64,000 nt of DNA from the NCBI GenBank assembly GCA_045106895.1, contig JBGCFM010000041.1, forward strand, positions 10,585 through 74,584, written 5' to 3'. A model generated the notes under the pieces. That model did not search any database, had not been told where the DNA came from, and saw only the letters and a program-made list of their open reading frames with translations. How positions within the stretch are numbered: the first letter of the stretch is position 1; every line of letters starts with the position of its first letter. This DNA is from Polyangiales bacterium. GTDB lineage: Bacteria; Myxococcota_A; Polyangia; Polyangiales; Houyiibacteriaceae. The position numbers were made by a program, and so were the translations under genes. Of this stretch, positions 26,293 through 36,463 are shown piece after piece.

Positions 26293-27527
26293 CACTGTCT
26301 GGAACAAGGCGGGTCGTGGTCACCGGCGTCGGCCTTGAGACCCCCATCGGCGAGTCCTTCGAGAGCGTGTCGACGGCGCTCCAAGAGGACCAACATGGCG
26401 TCATCCACATGGATGAGTGGGCCGAAGTTGGCGAGATGATCACCCGCCTCGGCGCCCCCGCCCGCAAGCTCGAGCGCAAGCGATGGCCGCGCAAGAAGAT
26501 CCGCAGCATGGGTCGTGTCGCGCTCCTCGCGACGGCCGCGACGGAATCGGCCATCGAGGACTCTGGACTCCCCGTCGACGTGGTTCAACACCCACGGACG
26601 GGCCTCGCCTATGGCTCCACGCATGGCAGCAGCGACGCCTGGGAGGGGTTCGCACGGACGCTCGCGCAGCCCGACGCCCTCTTAGGTCTTGGCTCGAACA
26701 CCTACCTGAAGTTCATGAGCCACACGTGTGCGGTGAACTTGGCCATCTTCTTCGGCATTCATGGGCGCGTGCAGAGCACCTGCGCGGCCTGCGTGAGCGC
26801 GAGCCAAGCCATCGGCGCCGGTTTCGAAGCGATTCGTTTCGGCATGCAGGACGTAATGATCTGCGGCGGGGCCGAAGAGCTTCACTGGGTCTCCACGGGC
26901 GTCTTCGATGTGCTTCAGGCCACTTCGATCCGTTTCAACAAGACTCCTGATCGCTCGCCACGCCCCTTCGACCGCGACCGCGACGGACTCGTCGTCGGCG
27001 AAGGTGCCGCGACCCTTGTCCTCGAGGAGTGGGAGCACGCCAAATCGCGGGGAGCGAAGATCTACGGTGAGGTTATTGGCTTTGGAACGAGCTGCGACGG
27101 CACCCATATTACCTCGCCCTCCCCCACGGGCATGGAGGCCGCCATGCGGCTGGCCTTGGATGATGCTGGCGTAAGCCCTAGCGACATCGACTACATCAAC
27201 GCCCACGCGACGGCCACGGAGGTTGGTGACATCAGCGAGAGCGCCGCCACCTGGGAGGTCTTCGGCGACAAGACGCCGATCGGCAGCACCAAGGGCTTCA
27301 CGGGTCACACCCTCGGGGCGTGCGGCGCCATGGAGACGGCGTTCTGCCTCGCGATGATGCGAGACGGTTTCATCGCCCCGAGCCGAAACCTTGAGAACGC
27401 AGATCCCAAGTGCGCGCCGCTCGGATACGTGGTCGGCGACGCCCGTGACACTCGCCCGGACATCGTTCTCAACAACAACTTCGCCTTCGGCGGAATCAAC
27501 ACCTCACTCGTGGTCAAACGCGTATGA
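26289..27527 (+). CDS. FabF-like beta-ketoacyl-ACP synthase II
   Basis: VVVTGVGLETPIG, CAACVSASQAIG (Cys), NAHATATEVGD and GHTLGACG (two His), FAFGGINTSLV. Confidence 0.87.
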   Translation: MTLSGTRRVVVTGVGLETPIGESFESVSTALQEDQHGVIHMDEWAEVGEMITRLGAPARKLERKRWPRKKIRSMGRVALLATAATESAIEDSGLPVDVVQHPRTGLAYGSTHGSSDAWEGFARTLAQPDALLGLGSNTYLKFMSHTCAVNLAIFFGIHGRVQSTCAACVSASQAIGAGFEAIRFGMQDVMICGGAEELHWVSTGVFDVLQATSIRFNKTPDRSPRPFDRDRDGLVVGEGAATLVLEEWEHAKSRGAKIYGEVIGFGTSCDGTHITSPSPTGMEAAMRLALDDAGVSPSDIDYINAHATATEVGDISESAATWEVFGDKTPIGSTKGFTGHTLGACGAMETAFCLAMMRDGFIAPSRNLENADPKCAPLGYVVGDARDTRPDIVLNNNFAFGGINTSLVVKRV

Positions 27528-28738
27528 AACTTCACGATTGTATTGTCGTCGGCGGAGGCCCCGCAGGGTCCACGGTTGGCTCTCTCCTCGCAAAAGACGG
27601 GCACGACGTACTCGTCCTTGAAGCGGATGTCTTTCCACGCTTCCACATCGGCGAATCGCTGCTGCCGTCGGAGCTCCCCATTTTCGAAAAGCTAGGTTTC
27701 GAAATGAGCGGGATGTCATCGGTGTTCAAAGAGGGCGCTGACTTTCTCGACGAACGCAGCGGAAAGTGCGCGCGTTTCGCCTTCGCAGAAGGGCTCGAGG
27801 GCACACGTCCCCACTCCTATCAGGTCGAACGCGCCGTGTTCGACGAAGCACTCTTGAATCACTGCGCAGGACTCGGGGCGCAGGTTCAGCAGGATACAAA
27901 AGTCGTCGACATCGACATTCAAAAGGACTTCGTGTGCGTCCGCACCGCCGATGCCGATCACCGTGCCCGTTATGTTGTCGACGCGACGGGCCGCGATCGG
28001 GTCCTCTCGAAACAGCACAAGAGCTATGAGCGCCTCCAAGGCTTGGGACTCGCGGCGGTTTGGGCGCACTTCGACGGCATGCCGGCGAAACCTCGCGAAG
28101 AACTCGAGAAGACCGGCAACATCATCGTACTCATGCTCGAGAGTGGATGGGGCTGGGTCATTCCACTGAATGGCGGCCGCGTCAGTATCGGGTTCGTGAG
28201 CGCCGAAAAAGGCGTGGTCAGTCACGATTGGTTCGAGGAGGTCTTCGCCGCTAGCCCCTTCCTCCAACGCATCACCAAGGGAGCCCCCCGAAGCCCTCTT
28301 CAGATGGTCGGCGACTACAGCTACAAGAACACCTCGCCGCACGGCCCTCGATGGGCGTGTGTCGGTGACGCGAACGGCTTCCTCGACCCCGTGTTCTCTT
28401 CGGGGGTTGCCTTGGCCATGGCGGGGGCGGAAAAGCTAGCGGAGCTGCTCTCTCCGGCGCTCGCGGAGAAGCGCGAGGACGACGCGGCACTCATGGCTCC
28501 GATGCAGGCGCATATGGACCACGCGTATGGCGTCTTCAACGCGGTATTGCAGAGTTTTTACCACACCAACCTCGTGGACAATCTCTTCTTTTACGACGAC
28601 CCGGACATGAACTTGCGAGCTGGATTGATCAGCATTCTCGCCGGCGACGTATGGCGTGACGACAACGACTTTCAGAAGATGATCCTACGCCGAAACGAAA
28701 AGCGCCTTCGCCGTGCTCGCAAGCTAGTGCCTGCCTGA
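27524..28738 (+). CDS. FAD-dependent oxidoreductase with flavin-dependent halogenase motifs
   Basis: VVGGGPAG, FPRFHIGESLLP, FKEGADF (candidate Lys) and GWGWVIP (WxWxIP). Confidence 0.72.
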   Translation: MKLHDCIVVGGGPAGSTVGSLLAKDGHDVLVLEADVFPRFHIGESLLPSELPIFEKLGFEMSGMSSVFKEGADFLDERSGKCARFAFAEGLEGTRPHSYQVERAVFDEALLNHCAGLGAQVQQDTKVVDIDIQKDFVCVRTADADHRARYVVDATGRDRVLSKQHKSYERLQGLGLAAVWAHFDGMPAKPREELEKTGNIIVLMLESGWGWVIPLNGGRVSIGFVSAEKGVVSHDWFEEVFAASPFLQRITKGAPRSPLQMVGDYSYKNTSPHGPRWACVGDANGFLDPVFSSGVALAMAGAEKLAELLSPALAEKREDDAALMAPMQAHMDHAYGVFNAVLQSFYHTNLVDNLFFYDDPDMNLRAGLISILAGDVWRDDNDFQKMILRRNEKRLRRARKLVPA

Positions 28739-28741
28739 CGT

Positions 28742-29479
28742 CTAGAACCAGCGCCAGAGCCCCGTGTATCGGAGAATGCAGAGCTTCGCGTGCAGCACGC
28801 TGATGGCCACGTTGTCCCAGAAAGCGCGGTAGTGAGAAATGCCGCCTTCGTCGGCGGGGACGTATCGAACTTTCGTAGGAACGTTGACCACGGGAAGGCG
28901 CTTCCAGACGAGCCTGACGGCGATTTCAGGGTCGAAGTCCATCCGATCACCACTGGCGCCGGAAGACACCGCGGCTTCGAGGGGATAGACGCGGAACCCG
29001 CAAAGGGGGTCTTTGATCTTTCCCGGTTTGCCCAGTGTCTCAAGCCAGACCCAGAACACGCTGATCTGCCGGCCCCATCGGCGTGCTCTGGGCGCGCTCT
29101 CATCAAAGAGCGGACGACCTAGGATCAACGCCGCAGGACTCTTCGCGGAAGCCGCGAGGAGCTTGGGCACATCCGCGAGGTCATGCTGTCCGTCAGCGTC
29201 CACCTGGAGCGCGTGAGTGTAGCCTTCTTCCAGCGCCCAACGGAGTCCATCTTTGACGGCTGCGCCTTTTCCGCCGTTGGCTTCTCGTCGACGAACGTAC
29301 GCCCCGTCGATGGTGGCCACCTGCGCCAACGCTGCTTGTGCCGCCTCATCGCCGGCGTCGTCAACGACGAACACCGCCGTCACGTGATCGAGCAAGCCGC
29401 GGACGACGCGCTCGATGGTGACGGGGTTGTTGTACGTCGGCACGACCGCACACGGCCGCACCTCGTCCTCTTGAGCCAT
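28742..29479 (-). CDS. Family 2 glycosyltransferase
   Basis: VVPTYNNPVTIERVV, VVDDAGDE, QVDADGQH (DxD region). Confidence 0.8.
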   Translation of the reverse strand: MAQEDEVRPCAVVPTYNNPVTIERVVRGLLDHVTAVFVVDDAGDEAAQAALAQVATIDGAYVRRREANGGKGAAVKDGLRWALEEGYTHALQVDADGQHDLADVPKLLAASAKSPAALILGRPLFDESAPRARRWGRQISVFWVWLETLGKPGKIKDPLCGFRVYPLEAAVSSGASGDRMDFDPEIAVRLVWKRLPVVNVPTKVRYVPADEGGISHYRAFWDNVAISVLHAKLCILRYTGLWRWF

Positions 29480-29488
29480 GCTCAGTGA

Positions 29489-29746
29489 CTAACGGGTTTT
29501 GGCTACATGCGCCGCCAAGGACCGCACGGAACGAAACACATCGCGTGTGCTCTCGTCCTCGGCCTTGATCTTGACGCCGTACTTCTTGTCGATGGCGATA
29601 GCGAGCTCGAGCGCGTCGATGCTGTCGAGGCCGAGGCCTTCGACGAACAGCGCTGCATCCGATTCGATCTCATCGGCGGTGACATCGTCGAGCATGAGAG
29701 CTTCGACGATGAGGTCTTTGATTTCCTTTTCGAGTTCTGCGCTCAT
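29489..29746 (-). CDS. Discrete acyl carrier protein
   Basis: The 85-aa protein contains GLGLDSIDALEL, the phosphopantetheine Ser motif. GGAGGA RBS before the ATG at 29746. The listed longer ORF start is not supported. Confidence 0.85.
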   Translation of the reverse strand: MSAELEKEIKDLIVEALMLDDVTADEIESDAALFVEGLGLDSIDALELAIAIDKKYGVKIKAEDESTRDVFRSVRSLAAHVAKTR

Positions 29747-29768
29747 GGTTTCCTCCGCGACCGCTGAC

Positions 29769-32468
29769 TCACTTGGCCATCTGGCGAAGGACGTACTGGA
29801 GGATGCCACCATGGCGGAGGTACTCGACCTCTTGCGGAGTATCGAGACGCACGGTGACGGTGAAGCTCTTGCCACTGTCCGTCGTCACCGTGAGCTTCTT
29901 GCCCGGCGTGAGGCCCTCGGCGATGCCGCCGATATCGAAGGTCTCTTCGCCCGTAAGCCCAAGCTCCTCGCGGCCTTCGCCTGCAGCAAACTCGAGAGGA
30001 AGCACGCCCATGCCGATGAGGTTACTGCGGTGGATTCGCTCGTAGCCCTTCGTGATGACGGCCTTGACGCCGAGAAGGAAGGTGCCCTTCGCAGCCCAGT
30101 CGCGGCTCGAACCTGTGCCGTATTGATCGCCGGCGATGACGACCAAAGGCGTGCCTTCAGCCTGGTACTTCATCGACGCATCAAAGATGCTCATCTGCTC
30201 GCCGGAAGGGATGAAGCGCGTGATGCCGCCTTCGGTTCCCGGAGCGAGGAGGTTTCGAAGACGAATATTCGCGAAGGTGCCGCGCATCATCACTTCGTGG
30301 TTGCCGCGGCGGCTGCCGTAGCTGTTGAAATCTCGTGGGCTGACGCCGTTGTCCCGAAGGTACTGGGCGGCTGGGCTGTCCGAGGCGATTCCGCCCGCGG
30401 GAGAGATGTGGTCTGTGGTGACGTTGTCGCCGAGGAGCGCAAGAACCCGCGCGCCCTTCACATCGCTAAGCGCTGGAGGCTCCCCTGCTTCAACTCCGTC
30501 GAAGAAAGGAGGGTTCCGGATGTAGGTGGAGTCCGCTTCCCACTCGTAGGTCTTGCCTGCGGGAGCGTTGACGGCGCGCCACTCTTCCGTTCCCTCGAAC
30601 ACTGCGCCGTAGCGAGCGTTGAACTGCTCCGTGGAAATCGCGTCGCGAAGCGTCTTGGTGATTTCCTCGTTGGACGGCCAGATGTCTCGAAGGAAGACGT
30701 CGTTTCCATCGCTGCCCTTCCCGATGGGGTCCTTCTCGAAGTCGATGTCGATGGTTCCCGCGAGCGCGTATGCGACGACGAGAGGTGGTGACGCAAGGTA
30801 GTTCGCCTGGGTCAGCGGGCTGACGCGACCCTCGAAGTTACGGTTGCCGCTCAGAGCCGAGGTGACGACGAGCTGGTTTTCGACGATGGCCTTGGTGATG
30901 GCCGGGTCGAGGGGACCCGAGTGGCCGATGCATGTGGTGCAGCCATAGCCGACTAGGTGGAAGCGAAGCTTCTCCAAGTCCGTCATGAGGTCTGCCTTTT
31001 TCATGTACTCGGTCACAACCTGGGAACCCGGCGCGAAGCTGGTCTTGACCCAAGGCTTGACCATGAGCCCCTTAGCGATGGCCTTTCGCGCGACGAGACC
31101 TGCACCGAGCATGACGCTTGGATTGGAGGTGTTGGTGCAGCTTGTGATGGCGGCGATGACGATGGAGCCGTCCTTGAGGTCGAAGGTCTCCTTGTCCTGG
31201 CCTTCGCGGTCGAGGGTGACGCTGACGGAAGTCTTTGCGCCTTCCTTCTGGTTCGCCTTCACGCCTTCGTAGGTGCGCTGCCAGCTCGTCTTGCTGTCCG
31301 AGAGCGCGATGCGCGTGTGCGGGAGCTTCGGCCCAGCGATGGAGGGCACAACGTCGCCGAGGTCGAGCTCGAGAACGTCTGTGAACTCGGGGTCCGGGGA
31401 CTCCGCCGTGTGGAAGAGGCTGAGCTCCTTGAGAACTCGCTCCGTAAGCGCAACCTGCTCTTCTTTGCGGCCGGTGAAACGCATGTAGTTGAGCGTCTCT
31501 TTGTCCACGGGGAAGAAGCCCATCGTCGCTCCGTACTCCGGCGCCATGTTGGCGATGGTGGCGCGGTCCGTGAGCGCAAGACTCTCCATGCCGGCGCCGA
31601 AGAACTCGACGAACTTGCCGACGACGCCATGTGCTCGGAGTGCTTCGGTGATGGTGAGAACTGCGTCCGTCGCGGTGGCGCCTTCGCGCAGCTTGCCAGA
31701 GAGCTTGAAGCCTACGACCTGCGGGAGAAGCATCGCGATGGGCTGACCGAGCATGGCCGCTTCCGCCTCGATGCCGCCGACGCCCCATCCGAGGACACCG
31801 AGGCCGTTGATCATCGTGGTGTGGGAGTCGGTGCCGACGAGGGTGTCGGGGTAAGCAACGGTCTTGCCATCGATCTCACGGGTGAAGACGCTGCGCGCGA
31901 GGAACTCAAGGTTCACCTGGTGGACGATGCCGGTTCCGGGAGGAACGACCTGCATGCCCTCGAAGGCGTTCTGGCCCCACTTGAGGAACTGGTATCGCTG
32001 CTTGTTGCGCTGGAACTCGATCTCCACGTTCTGCTCGAAGCTGCGAAGGAGACCGTAGCTGTCGACCTGCACGGAGTGGTCGATGACCAAGTCCGCAGGC
32101 TGAAGCGGATTGATTCGCGCAGGGTCGCCGCCCATCTTCGCGAACTGCTGTCGCATCGCCGCAAGGTCCACCACGGCGGGGACGCCGGTGAAGTCCTGGA
32201 GAAGCACGCGCGAAGGCCGATAGGCGATCTCTGTGACAGGCTTCGCCTTCGGGTCCCACTTGGCGACGGCTTCGATGTCGGCCTTGGTGACGGTGTTTCC
32301 GTCTTCGTGGCGAAGGAGGTTCTCCAGGAGAACGCGAATCGAGTAAGGGAGCCGGCGAACATCGCCAAAACCAGCCTTATCCAGGGCGTCGAGGCGGAAA
32401 ACGTCGACCTTTTGGCCGTTGATGTCGAGTGTGGCGCGGGCGTTGAATCCGTCGAGTGAGGCAGTCAT
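29769..32468 (-). CDS. acnA: Aconitate hydratase A
   Basis: 899 aa. [46 protein letters not shown] and GNRNFEGR are aconitase signatures. Confidence 0.95.
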   Translation of the reverse strand: MTASLDGFNARATLDINGQKVDVFRLDALDKAGFGDVRRLPYSIRVLLENLLRHEDGNTVTKADIEAVAKWDPKAKPVTEIAYRPSRVLLQDFTGVPAVVDLAAMRQQFAKMGGDPARINPLQPADLVIDHSVQVDSYGLLRSFEQNVEIEFQRNKQRYQFLKWGQNAFEGMQVVPPGTGIVHQVNLEFLARSVFTREIDGKTVAYPDTLVGTDSHTTMINGLGVLGWGVGGIEAEAAMLGQPIAMLLPQVVGFKLSGKLREGATATDAVLTITEALRAHGVVGKFVEFFGAGMESLALTDRATIANMAPEYGATMGFFPVDKETLNYMRFTGRKEEQVALTERVLKELSLFHTAESPDPEFTDVLELDLGDVVPSIAGPKLPHTRIALSDSKTSWQRTYEGVKANQKEGAKTSVSVTLDREGQDKETFDLKDGSIVIAAITSCTNTSNPSVMLGAGLVARKAIAKGLMVKPWVKTSFAPGSQVVTEYMKKADLMTDLEKLRFHLVGYGCTTCIGHSGPLDPAITKAIVENQLVVTSALSGNRNFEGRVSPLTQANYLASPPLVVAYALAGTIDIDFEKDPIGKGSDGNDVFLRDIWPSNEEITKTLRDAISTEQFNARYGAVFEGTEEWRAVNAPAGKTYEWEADSTYIRNPPFFDGVEAGEPPALSDVKGARVLALLGDNVTTDHISPAGGIASDSPAAQYLRDNGVSPRDFNSYGSRRGNHEVMMRGTFANIRLRNLLAPGTEGGITRFIPSGEQMSIFDASMKYQAEGTPLVVIAGDQYGTGSSRDWAAKGTFLLGVKAVITKGYERIHRSNLIGMGVLPLEFAAGEGREELGLTGEETFDIGGIAEGLTPGKKLTVTTDSGKSFTVTVRLDTPQEVEYLRHGGILQYVLRQMAK

Positions 32469-32588
32469 GAGCGCTACGTACCACGACTAACGCCGGCCAG
32501 CACGCTTGTTCCGCCTGCGCAAGCATTCGATTTCGCGCGGCATCTCATGTTGGCGCTTCGCTCGTGAAACGCTAAAGCACCAGCGCCG

Positions 32589-33014
32589 ATGGCCACCTTG
32601 AAGAAGAAGCGAAAATCACCCGCTAGTTCAGCAAAAGATCCCGGTGGGCGTGCGAGCCCAGAAGCCATCGAGAAAAGACGCGTCGCGCGGGAACTCAACT
32701 CGCTCATCGCCGGAGACGCGCCGAAGATCGACGGGCGCACCGAACGGCGGCGGAAGCGCCTCCTCAAGGAGCTTCGTAAACCCGAAGAAGGCCTAAAGCC
32801 CATTGAACGTGTGCAGAAGGCCAGTGAACTCTTGGAACTGGGCGAGACCTTCGCGAGCCTACGAAAGCAGGGAGCCGTCGTGGTCAAAGCCGAGGACACG
32901 AAGGAGCTGTGGGCGCTCGTGAAGCGCGCTCAGATCGCCTACGAGTTTGCCCCAGATGCGTGGCGTATTCTCGGGCTCAAAGTGACGGCGAAGGGCGACC
33001 CCCGCAAGGGCTAG
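32589..33014 (+). CDS. Hypothetical basic protein
   Basis: 141-aa ORF with normal codon bias. Lys/Arg-rich N-terminus. Confidence 0.5.
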   Translation: MATLKKKRKSPASSAKDPGGRASPEAIEKRRVARELNSLIAGDAPKIDGRTERRRKRLLKELRKPEEGLKPIERVQKASELLELGETFASLRKQGAVVVKAEDTKELWALVKRAQIAYEFAPDAWRILGLKVTAKGDPRKG

Positions 33015-33031
33015 CGAATCCCTCGGAGGGA

Positions 33032-33607
33032 ATGCTGCAGGCCTCGGATCCGTTCGAGATTCGGATGACGAAACGCGCAAGACCCTTCGAAGCCTACGCG
33101 CTCGTCCTCACCATCTTCACGATGATCTTTTGCGCCCTCGCGCAGCTGGTCCTCGCCTTGCCGCAGATCTTCGGTCCGAGCCGAGGCGAGCTCCCGTGGC
33201 CAGCCACGCTGGTGGCCATCCTGGTCAGCATCGTCGTCATCGCGTTCGCCGCACGTAAGGATGGCGCTCTCCTCGAGCTCAAGTGGTTCGTGTGGGCCCT
33301 CGCCGCCCTCTCCTGGTCCGCGCTCTTCGTCATGCTCACGTTCAGCGAGTCGCCGTGGCAGCTCCTTCACGTCTCGCAGTGGATGGGACGCGCCGAGCCG
33401 ACCAACTTCCTTCGTGCTGGGCTGTGGCGGCCGCTGCACGTTCTCCATGCGCTCGGTCCCGTGGCCCTCGTCCTCGCCGCAAGCGCGCGACGTCACCCCC
33501 CAGCGAAGCGGAAGCAGGTCCTCTTCGCTGGGGTGGTTCCGTGGGCTCTGGGCAGCGCGCTCTACGCGTATCTGCTGACGCTCGCGCCGCCCGTCTACAT
33601 GGGTTGA
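33032..33607 (+). CDS. Integral membrane protein, unknown function
   Basis: Five or six hydrophobic segments. The start is either ATG 33032 or ATG 33065, because the listed 32909 start overlaps the previous gene. Confidence 0.5.
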   Translation: MLQASDPFEIRMTKRARPFEAYALVLTIFTMIFCALAQLVLALPQIFGPSRGELPWPATLVAILVSIVVIAFAARKDGALLELKWFVWALAALSWSALFVMLTFSESPWQLLHVSQWMGRAEPTNFLRAGLWRPLHVLHALGPVALVLAASARRHPPAKRKQVLFAGVVPWALGSALYAYLLTLAPPVYMG

Positions 33608-33620
33608 ACCTACGTGCGAA

Positions 33621-35162
33621 CTACTCCCAGTACTTTCGTCTCCACGGAGCCCCGCGCGAGTAGGAAGGCGGGTCGCCTACCCAAGTTCCGATGGCATCGT
33701 GCAACGCGTCCGACGCGCCGTTGGAAACCGGGCCGAGCGCCGTATCGACGAGCGTGCGGAGCACCGATTCAGAATCAAGGCCGTCCTCTCGATGGAGAGC
33801 AGCCGCCGCAGCCACCACGACCGGAGCGTAGTGGTTAGCGACGATTTCTGTGTCCGAGAGCGACGCCAAGCTCAACTCGACGAACTCGAAGGAGGGTCGC
33901 GCCGCCTGAAGCGAGAGCAGCGCCTCCGCACGCACGACGGGTGATGCGTGGTTCTGAGCAACCCGCATGAGCTCCGCGGTAGCTTCCACGTCTCCCCGCG
34001 ACGCGGGCATGCGAAGTGCGCAAGTTCGCGTCAGCACCTCGGATTCCAGCGCCTTCTCGTAGAACGTCGGGTCCCCCGTCGCTCCCTCACGCGCAAAAAG
34101 CGCCTCCACGCCGATGCACTGAAACTCCGGCTTCGGGTGCAAACAAGCCCAGTGAATCCACTCCTTAGGCAATCGCTCATTGTGAAGAAACGTGCCCCAG
34201 AGCGTGCGGGCCGAAAGCTCCAGTGTTGGGTTCACACCCGCGATATTCAGCCGTAGTGCGCTGAGGTGATCGCGTTTAGACTCCGGAAGTTCTTCCGACT
34301 CCAGCACCCTGTCGATGTGTGCCGCGGCGTCATCCAAACGAGAGAGCAGATGAGCCGCGAGACGCCACTCGGCGTCTTCACGATAAAGAACCGAAGTGGC
34401 CAAATCCGCCAACGCCTCTTGAGGAACCAAACGCAGCAGCCAGCGGCTTGGAAGTGTCAGGGACGCGATAGCGTCCGGGACCAACATGGGGTTCGCTTCG
34501 ATCCATCGTTGGACTTCATCGTCGCTCGCCGACTTTAGCTTCTCCCAGCTCATCTCTTCGTCTCGAAACGCCAGCTCCTGAGACGGCTCAAACTCCAGCG
34601 TCTTCCACGCCAGCGCCGCGTCGAGGCCGCCTTTGTCGCGGAGCCTTTCGTAGATCTTCGTTCGGTGTCCACCGGCCACTTTGAACTCGCCGTGCACGCT
34701 CAGAAGCCGCCGAAGACTTCCCGCGTCCATCTGATCGAGAAGCCTATCGTTGGCCTCCTCGTGACCGGCGAGGCTTCCGAGCACTAAGAAGCCCGCGACG
34801 GGGAAGCGCCATTCGTGCCAGGGACCCAGCCCTCGAACGAACTCATCGACGAGGCGGCCAAACGTCGCAGCACTGATGGGTAGAGACCGTTTGACGAAGA
34901 CGCGAAATAGCGAGACGCGTATCCACGGGTCGTCGTGAGACTCAAGGAGAAGCCGTTCGAGTGCGTCCAGCCGCGCCGGGTGCGCCAGCCGCTCAAGAAG
35001 ACCCGCCGCGGCGCTCTTCCTTCTTCGAGATGTCTTCGAGGTTAGGATACCGACGAGCTCGTCGGTCCAGCGAATCCGAGTCTGAGACTCGGAGAATTGC
35101 ATGTCTTCCATGAGACGCCTTGTTGGGTCCGGGAGGCGATTCCGGAGCGGCGTTTGCCGCAT
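33621..35162 (-). CDS. Hypothetical helical-repeat protein (about 500 aa)
   Basis: Long ORF with coding-like composition. Alternative starts at 35111 and 35102. Confidence 0.55.
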   Translation of the reverse strand: MRQTPLRNRLPDPTRRLMEDMQFSESQTRIRWTDELVGILTSKTSRRRKSAAAGLLERLAHPARLDALERLLLESHDDPWIRVSLFRVFVKRSLPISAATFGRLVDEFVRGLGPWHEWRFPVAGFLVLGSLAGHEEANDRLLDQMDAGSLRRLLSVHGEFKVAGGHRTKIYERLRDKGGLDAALAWKTLEFEPSQELAFRDEEMSWEKLKSASDDEVQRWIEANPMLVPDAIASLTLPSRWLLRLVPQEALADLATSVLYREDAEWRLAAHLLSRLDDAAAHIDRVLESEELPESKRDHLSALRLNIAGVNPTLELSARTLWGTFLHNERLPKEWIHWACLHPKPEFQCIGVEALFAREGATGDPTFYEKALESEVLTRTCALRMPASRGDVEATAELMRVAQNHASPVVRAEALLSLQAARPSFEFVELSLASLSDTEIVANHYAPVVVAAAAALHREDGLDSESVLRTLVDTALGPVSNGASDALHDAIGTWVGDPPSYSRGAPWRRKYWE

Positions 35163-35273
35163 CGAGGTACGACGAAACTAACAGCCAGTTTTCCGGCTGT
35201 CGACGCATGAAGGCAAAACGCGCTTGACACCTACGTCACCGAATGGCAACTACGGGCCACAGCATTGCTGTGG

Positions 35274-35348
35274 GGCGCCGTGGCCAAGTGGTAAGGCAGA
35301 GGTTTGCAAAACCTCCATTCACCAGTTCAAATCTGGTCGGCGCCTCCA
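35274..35348 (+). tRNA. tRNA-Cys (GCA), CCA encoded
   Basis: Acceptor stem GGCGCCG/CGGCGCC. Anticodon stem GAGGT/ACCTC with loop TTGCAAA. T arm ACCAG-TTCAAAT-CTGGT. Discriminator T, then CCA. Confidence 0.92.
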
Positions 35349-35360
35349 AAAAACTCAATG

Positions 35361-35395
35361 GGCTCGAGAAAACACAGTGTTTCTCGGGCCTTTTT
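35361..35395 (+). terminator. Rho-independent terminator after tRNA-Cys
   Basis: GGCTCGAGAAA-acacagtg-TTTCTCGGGCC forms an 11-bp stem with one G-T pair, followed by TTTTT. Confidence 0.7.
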
Positions 35396-35522
35396 GATGT
35401 CTTCCACCAAAAAAGCGCTCACACACTGCCGCGAGAGTGAAGCCATGGTATGTCTTCTGCGTCTTATCGATGGCGCGTACCCGAATGCTTTGGGCCGCGA
35501 CCGGAGAGACTGAGAGGTACCC

Positions 35523-36440
35523 ATGACAGCCCCTACCCCGCGTAAGGCGGTAACGGTTCCACGTCTGCTGGCCAAGAAGGCAAGCGGCGAGAAGATCACA
35601 ATGGTCACAGCATACGACGCGACCTTCGCGCGGATGTTCGACGACGCTGGCGCGGACATGCTCCTCGTGGGTGACAGCCTTGGGATGGTTGTCCAGGGCC
35701 GTGACTCCACGCTCGGCGTGACCGTCGACGAGGTCATCTACCACTGCCGCGCCGTGGCGCGCGGGACCAAGTACGCGCACATCGTCGGCGACATGCCCTT
35801 CATGTCCCACCAGATCTCCATGGAAGAAGCGATGCGCAACGCAGGTCGTTTCCTCTCAGAAGGCGGCGCCCACTCCATCAAGCTTGAAGGCGGCGAGAGC
35901 GCAGCTCCTACGATTCGGCGCCTCGTCAGCGCAGGCATCCCCGTCATGGCCCACGTAGGCCTGATGCCGCAATCGGTCCACGCCATGGGCGGCTTCCGCG
36001 TCCAAGGCAAAACCCGCAGCGCTGCGGACTCCGTACTCGCCGACGCCATCGCCGTCGCCGAGGCCGGCGCGTACTCCGTGGTCCTCGAAGGTATCCCCAG
36101 CGACCTCGCCGCGGCCATCACGGAGCGCATCGACATCCCCACCATCGGCATCGGTGCCGGGCCCAGCTGCGACGGACAGGTCCTCGTCGGCTACGACCTC
36201 TTGGGACTCACCCCAGACCTCCGGCCACGCTTCGTGAAGCGCTACGCCGAGTTCTTCGACGAGGGCAAAGCTGCCGCGAGCCAGTACTTCGACGAGGTCC
36301 GAAAAGGCGTCTTCCCAGCAGAAGAGCACGGCTTTGGCGAAGTCCGCCAAGAGGAGCGCGCGCTCCACGCGGTCCGCAACGAAGACCCCGCTCCCGCGGC
36401 GGCACTCGCCGAGGGTCGCTCCTACGGCCCCGCCGCCTAG
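35523..36440 (+). CDS. panB: 3-methyl-2-oxobutanoate hydroxymethyltransferase
   Basis: ITMVTAYD, LLVGDSLGMVVQG, IKLEGG, HVGLMPQS. There is a C-terminal extension of about 40 aa. Confidence 0.92.
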   Translation: MTAPTPRKAVTVPRLLAKKASGEKITMVTAYDATFARMFDDAGADMLLVGDSLGMVVQGRDSTLGVTVDEVIYHCRAVARGTKYAHIVGDMPFMSHQISMEEAMRNAGRFLSEGGAHSIKLEGGESAAPTIRRLVSAGIPVMAHVGLMPQSVHAMGGFRVQGKTRSAADSVLADAIAVAEAGAYSVVLEGIPSDLAAAITERIDIPTIGIGAGPSCDGQVLVGYDLLGLTPDLRPRFVKRYAEFFDEGKAAASQYFDEVRKGVFPAEEHGFGEVRQEERALHAVRNEDPAPAAALAEGRSYGPAA

Positions 36441-36463
36441 CGCTGTCCAAGGGAGAGCCTGGC

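Noticed and set aside
29499-32459. Two very long + strand ORFs (430 aa and 500 aa) opposite acnA
   Set aside because: They are antisense shadows of a strongly supported aconitase gene. The translations are Arg/Ala/Gly/Val-rich low-complexity sequence with no motifs, as expected for high-GC DNA.
35162-35523. tRNA-Cys as a possible integration hotspot, and a TTGACA (35224-35229) promoter for the tRNA
   Set aside because: No integrase, direct repeat of the tRNA 3' end or foreign-looking genes flank it. Neighbouring genes are ordinary (panBC). The -35 hexamer is good, but the best -10 candidate (CAACTA) is weak, so no promoter feature is claimed.
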